From positions 85,007 through 149,006 of the forward strand of contig JAFXYF010000011.1 in NCBI GenBank assembly GCA_017541885.1: 64,000 bases of DNA, in the 5' to 3' direction. Both the position numbers and the translations under genes were made by a program. The DNA is from Bacilli bacterium (GTDB lineage: Bacteria > Bacillota_I > Bacilli_A > RF39 > UBA660). Positions 61,016-64,000 of this stretch are shown piece by piece (the stretch's first letter is position 1; every line of letters begins with the position of its first letter). The notes beneath the pieces are model-generated. The model saw only the letters and a program-made list of their open reading frames with translations, ran no database searches and was not told the DNA's origin.

Positions 61016-62635
61016 ATGAATCAAAAAGGGTTTGCGATTACTTCAGTTATTTATGGTTTATCAATCTTAGGTATTATGGTAGTAGCAATACTTATGAGTA
61101 CTTTATCTTCTACAAGACATAATGTTTCAGAAGAAGCAAAAATGGTAGAAGAATTCCTAATTAATTATAACCAAACTGAAGTTACTTATAGAGGTGTAGG
61201 TAATTATTCCTATAAAATACCTAATGGTGAGACTGGTTGGTATAGATTTGAAGCATTTGGTAAAAGTACAGATAGTGCTGCAGGAGCATATACAACAGGT
61301 ATTATATTTGCTAAAGAAGGTAGTGTTTTTAATCTAGAAATATCTAATCAAAAAACAACAGTTTCCTCAAACTCAACTGTACTTATGAGAGCAATGGCAT
61401 CTAACGGTTCTAATGCTGGAGGAAATATAATGTGTTATCATGGTTCAACTCCAGGTGGAAATGTAAATATGACAACTTTTGCAAGTTCTTCAACAACATA
61501 TAATGGAATTGATTCCATAACATTAGATACTGCTTGTGATGGATCATTTATAATCGGATATCCAGGATCACATGCAGCAGGTACATATGATAAATTCTTC
61601 TTTGATGGATTAATCCTAGCCGGAGCTTCTGGATCAAAAGAAGGAAAAGTAATAATACAAAGAGTAGCAGAAAGAGATGGACATTTTATAAAAGATGCTC
61701 CAATAAAAAATGAAAAATTTAAAAATGTTACAAATATATCAGTAACATCTTCACTAACAGTAGATAAAATATGGTATTCATATACAGAAAAAGTTGGAAC
61801 TGAAGAAGATAGATCATATAAAACACATATAGTATCATGTAATAATCCTTGTAATGTTGGAGGAGTACCAATTATAGATGAGATAACAGTTAAATTTGCA
61901 TCAGGAAATGAAAAGAAAAATGCAACTAATACAACAGTTAAATTAAATAGTAATATAATATATCAAGCAGGAGATGATTATGGAGTAACAATAGGTGGAA
62001 ATGGTCTACATTTCTCAGCCTATCAACAAGATCATTATACAAGTGATATATTAGGTGCTAGTAATAGTTTTCCAGATCATGGAAACTATTATATAATTCC
62101 AGTAAATTCAGATAGTTTGATAGTGTCTGGTGTATCAAATGGAGCAGATGATGCTAATAAATTACAAATAGAACATATAACTGGTGAAGCAAGACAAAAA
62201 TGGGCAATTGATAAGATTAATGGTCCAGGAGAAGTATTAACAAACTTTGCAAATATTCCAAATACATCAGGAAGAAAAGAATATCGTATAATGGAACTTA
62301 CAAGATTTAAAGCATTAAACATCTATTATGATGAAAATTATAAATTAAATTTCGTTTCAGCATCAGAGACATTTAACTCTCTATCTCGAAACGATCCGCA
62401 AATTTGGAATATCTTTCCAATGAAAGATGGAACATATGCAATTAAGACAGTAGTTCCATCATACTTGAAAAATGAGCTTAGTGGTTTCTTATTTGCAAAA
62501 CCTTCTGGAGAAGGACCAAATAACCAAAACGATGTAATGATTGGACTTACTAAAGAACAAGATGTACAAGAGAAAAATACAACTCCAACAAACGTCGAAA
62601 GATTCTATTTATACTCACTAGATTTCAGTAAATAG
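61016..62635 (+). CDS. Large minor-pilin-like protein with glycine-rich and ricin-B/beta-trefoil-like domains
   Basis: MNQKG/FAITSVIYGL hydrophobic N-terminus lacking Glu5; TGWYR.EA.G...GAYT.G; Q.W motifs (RQKW, PQIW). Confidence 0.65.
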   Translation: MNQKGFAITSVIYGLSILGIMVVAILMSTLSSTRHNVSEEAKMVEEFLINYNQTEVTYRGVGNYSYKIPNGETGWYRFEAFGKSTDSAAGAYTTGIIFAKEGSVFNLEISNQKTTVSSNSTVLMRAMASNGSNAGGNIMCYHGSTPGGNVNMTTFASSSTTYNGIDSITLDTACDGSFIIGYPGSHAAGTYDKFFFDGLILAGASGSKEGKVIIQRVAERDGHFIKDAPIKNEKFKNVTNISVTSSLTVDKIWYSYTEKVGTEEDRSYKTHIVSCNNPCNVGGVPIIDEITVKFASGNEKKNATNTTVKLNSNIIYQAGDDYGVTIGGNGLHFSAYQQDHYTSDILGASNSFPDHGNYYIIPVNSDSLIVSGVSNGADDANKLQIEHITGEARQKWAIDKINGPGEVLTNFANIPNTSGRKEYRIMELTRFKALNIYYDENYKLNFVSASETFNSLSRNDPQIWNIFPMKDGTYAIKTVVPSYLKNELSGFLFAKPSGEGPNNQNDVMIGLTKEQDVQEKNTTPTNVERFYLYSLDFSK

Positions 62636-62674
62636 TGTAAACAAAAAGTAGTAAATTTTACTACTTTTTTATTT

Positions 62675-62701
62675 TTAGCACTTTTTGTTGACAAGTGCTA
62701 A
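62675..62701. promoter_or_regulatory. CIRCE element 1, overlapping the -35 TTGACA of the hrcA promoter
   Basis: TTAGCACTT-N9-AAGTGCTAA; TTGACA (62688-62693), 17-nt spacer, TATATT (62711-62716). Confidence 0.9.
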
Positions 62702-62720
62702 AATAAAGCGTATATTATTA

Positions 62721-62747
62721 TTAGCACTATAAATAAATAAGTGCTAG
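62721..62747. promoter_or_regulatory. CIRCE element 2, abutting the hrcA RBS
   Basis: TTAGCACTA-N9-AAGTGCTAG. Confidence 0.88.
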
Positions 62748-62759
62748 GAGGTTGATGTT

Positions 62760-63749
62760 ATGCTCTCTGAAAGACAAAACAAAATCTTAAAATTAATCGT
62801 TGAAAGATATATCAAGGATCCAATTCCCGTTGGCTCTAAGGTAATTTCTAAAGAATTAAATTGCTCTAGTGCTACGGTTAGAAATGAGATGGGTGAACTT
62901 GAAAATCAAGGATTATTAGAGAAAACTCATACATCTTCAGGAAGAGTTCCTAGTGAAGCTGGATACAGATACTATGTAGATAACTTAATGGAACTAAAAC
63001 AAATGAATGCTGAAGATATGTTAAAGTTACAAATTGTCTTTAAGAATCAGCAACTAGCTATATCAGATGTAATTACTAAGTCATTACAAGTAATCTCTGA
63101 TATGACAAACTATACTGCTGTAGTACTAGGTAGTACATCTCATGAGAATCTTCTTAAACAAATAGAAGTAGTTCCGATTGATGAAGCAAGTATGATTGTT
63201 ATTATTGTTACTGATAAAGGTCATGTAGAACATAAAAACATAAGATTAGAAGATGTTTCTATGGACGAAGTTAAAAAGACTGTTGGGCTTATTAATAACT
63301 TAATCTCAGGTACTCCAATTGATGAAGTAAGTCGTAAGTTGGAATTTGAAATAAAACCTATTATAGGAAATTATGTAAAACAACATGAACAACTTTATAA
63401 TGCTTTCTATCATGTATTTAGTGACTTTACGAATCAAGAAGTTAATGTTATGGGTCGAAGCAAAATGTTAGAACAACCAGAATTTTCCTCAAACATTGAT
63501 AAAGTAAAAAATGTATTCAATAAGTTAGAAAGTCCAGAATTAGTTCAAAATATTACAGAAGATGATGATAAGAATATCAAGATTTATATTGGTAAAGAAA
63601 ATAATATAGATAATGATGTTACTGTAATTCAAACTAAATATAAGCAAAATGGACAAGAAGGAACAATTGCAATAATTGGGCCTAAACGAATGGAATATGA
63701 TAGAGTCGTTGGAATGCTAGAATACATTAAAGAGAATATAGAAAGGTAG
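62760..63749 (+). CDS. hrcA: Heat-inducible transcription repressor HrcA
   Basis: L.ERQ..IL..IV..YI....PVGS, SSATVRNEM..LE, HTSSGRVPS..GYRYYVD and IIGP.RM.Y. Confidence 0.97.
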   Translation: MLSERQNKILKLIVERYIKDPIPVGSKVISKELNCSSATVRNEMGELENQGLLEKTHTSSGRVPSEAGYRYYVDNLMELKQMNAEDMLKLQIVFKNQQLAISDVITKSLQVISDMTNYTAVVLGSTSHENLLKQIEVVPIDEASMIVIIVTDKGHVEHKNIRLEDVSMDEVKKTVGLINNLISGTPIDEVSRKLEFEIKPIIGNYVKQHEQLYNAFYHVFSDFTNQEVNVMGRSKMLEQPEFSSNIDKVKNVFNKLESPELVQNITEDDDKNIKIYIGKENNIDNDVTVIQTKYKQNGQEGTIAIIGPKRMEYDRVVGMLEYIKENIER

Positions 63750-63755
63750 GCTTTT

Positions 63756-64000
63756 ATGAAGAAAAAAGAAGAAAATATTACAACAGAGCAAGTACCAGAA
63801 CAGGAAATTAAAATGGAGAATGGTGAGGCACCAACTACTCCAGAAATAGATCCCGTTCAAGCATTAACTGAACAAGTAAATAAATTACAAAAAGAAAAAG
63901 AAGAGTTAATTGAACAAATTAAATATTCTCAAGCAGAACTTGTTAGTTATAGAATGAGAAAAGATGAAGAAACTCAAAACTTACTAAAATATGCTTCTCA
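63756..64000 (+). CDS. grpE: Nucleotide exchange factor GrpE, N-terminal part (3' truncated)
   Basis: Acidic N-terminus and coiled coil, QAELVSYRMR..EE.....KYAS; directly follows hrcA. Confidence 0.85.
   Translation, partial: MKKKEENITTEQVPEQEIKMENGEAPTTPEIDPVQALTEQVNKLQKEKEELIEQIKYSQAELVSYRMRKDEETQNLLKYAS

Overview
A very AT-rich chromosomal segment from a low-GC Bacilli-type bacterium. It uses genetic code 11; an uncultured RF39-like lineage is my inference from the reduced gene set, Prp-processed L27, DnaB, HelD, RecD2, ParE/ParC and HrcA/CIRCE. Most of the window is housekeeping: 3' gltX, a stand-alone BY-kinase triad, pyrH, rplU-prp-rpmA-obgE, yebC, ruvAB, queA, tgt, dnaB, ppaC, pgm, helD, mtaB, recD2, map, rdgB, uppP, parEC, rsmD and hrcA-grpE'. 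Scattered among these are type IV pilus parts and sporulation-type genes (spoVB-, yqfQ- and ylbDEF-like). I saw no rRNA, tRNA, CRISPR array, IS element or prophage. Two elements stand out. (1) At 30.1-33.2 kb, a splicease-like (TIGR04133/PlpX-type) radical SAM-SPASM enzyme sits divergently next to a two-gene operon. That operon encodes a WXG100-like helical protein and a 490-aa protein with no signal peptide, an IPETG anchor and four repeated (V/L)YAGP motifs; this is a candidate system that modifies a surface protein post-translationally. (2) At 50.15-50.9 kb, an ORF-free unit of about 700 nt has its own promoter and terminator and can fold into many hairpins, an 8-stem nested 'ladder' and possible pseudoknots; this is a candidate large structured ncRNA. 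All family assignments come from motif recognition by eye, not database searches.
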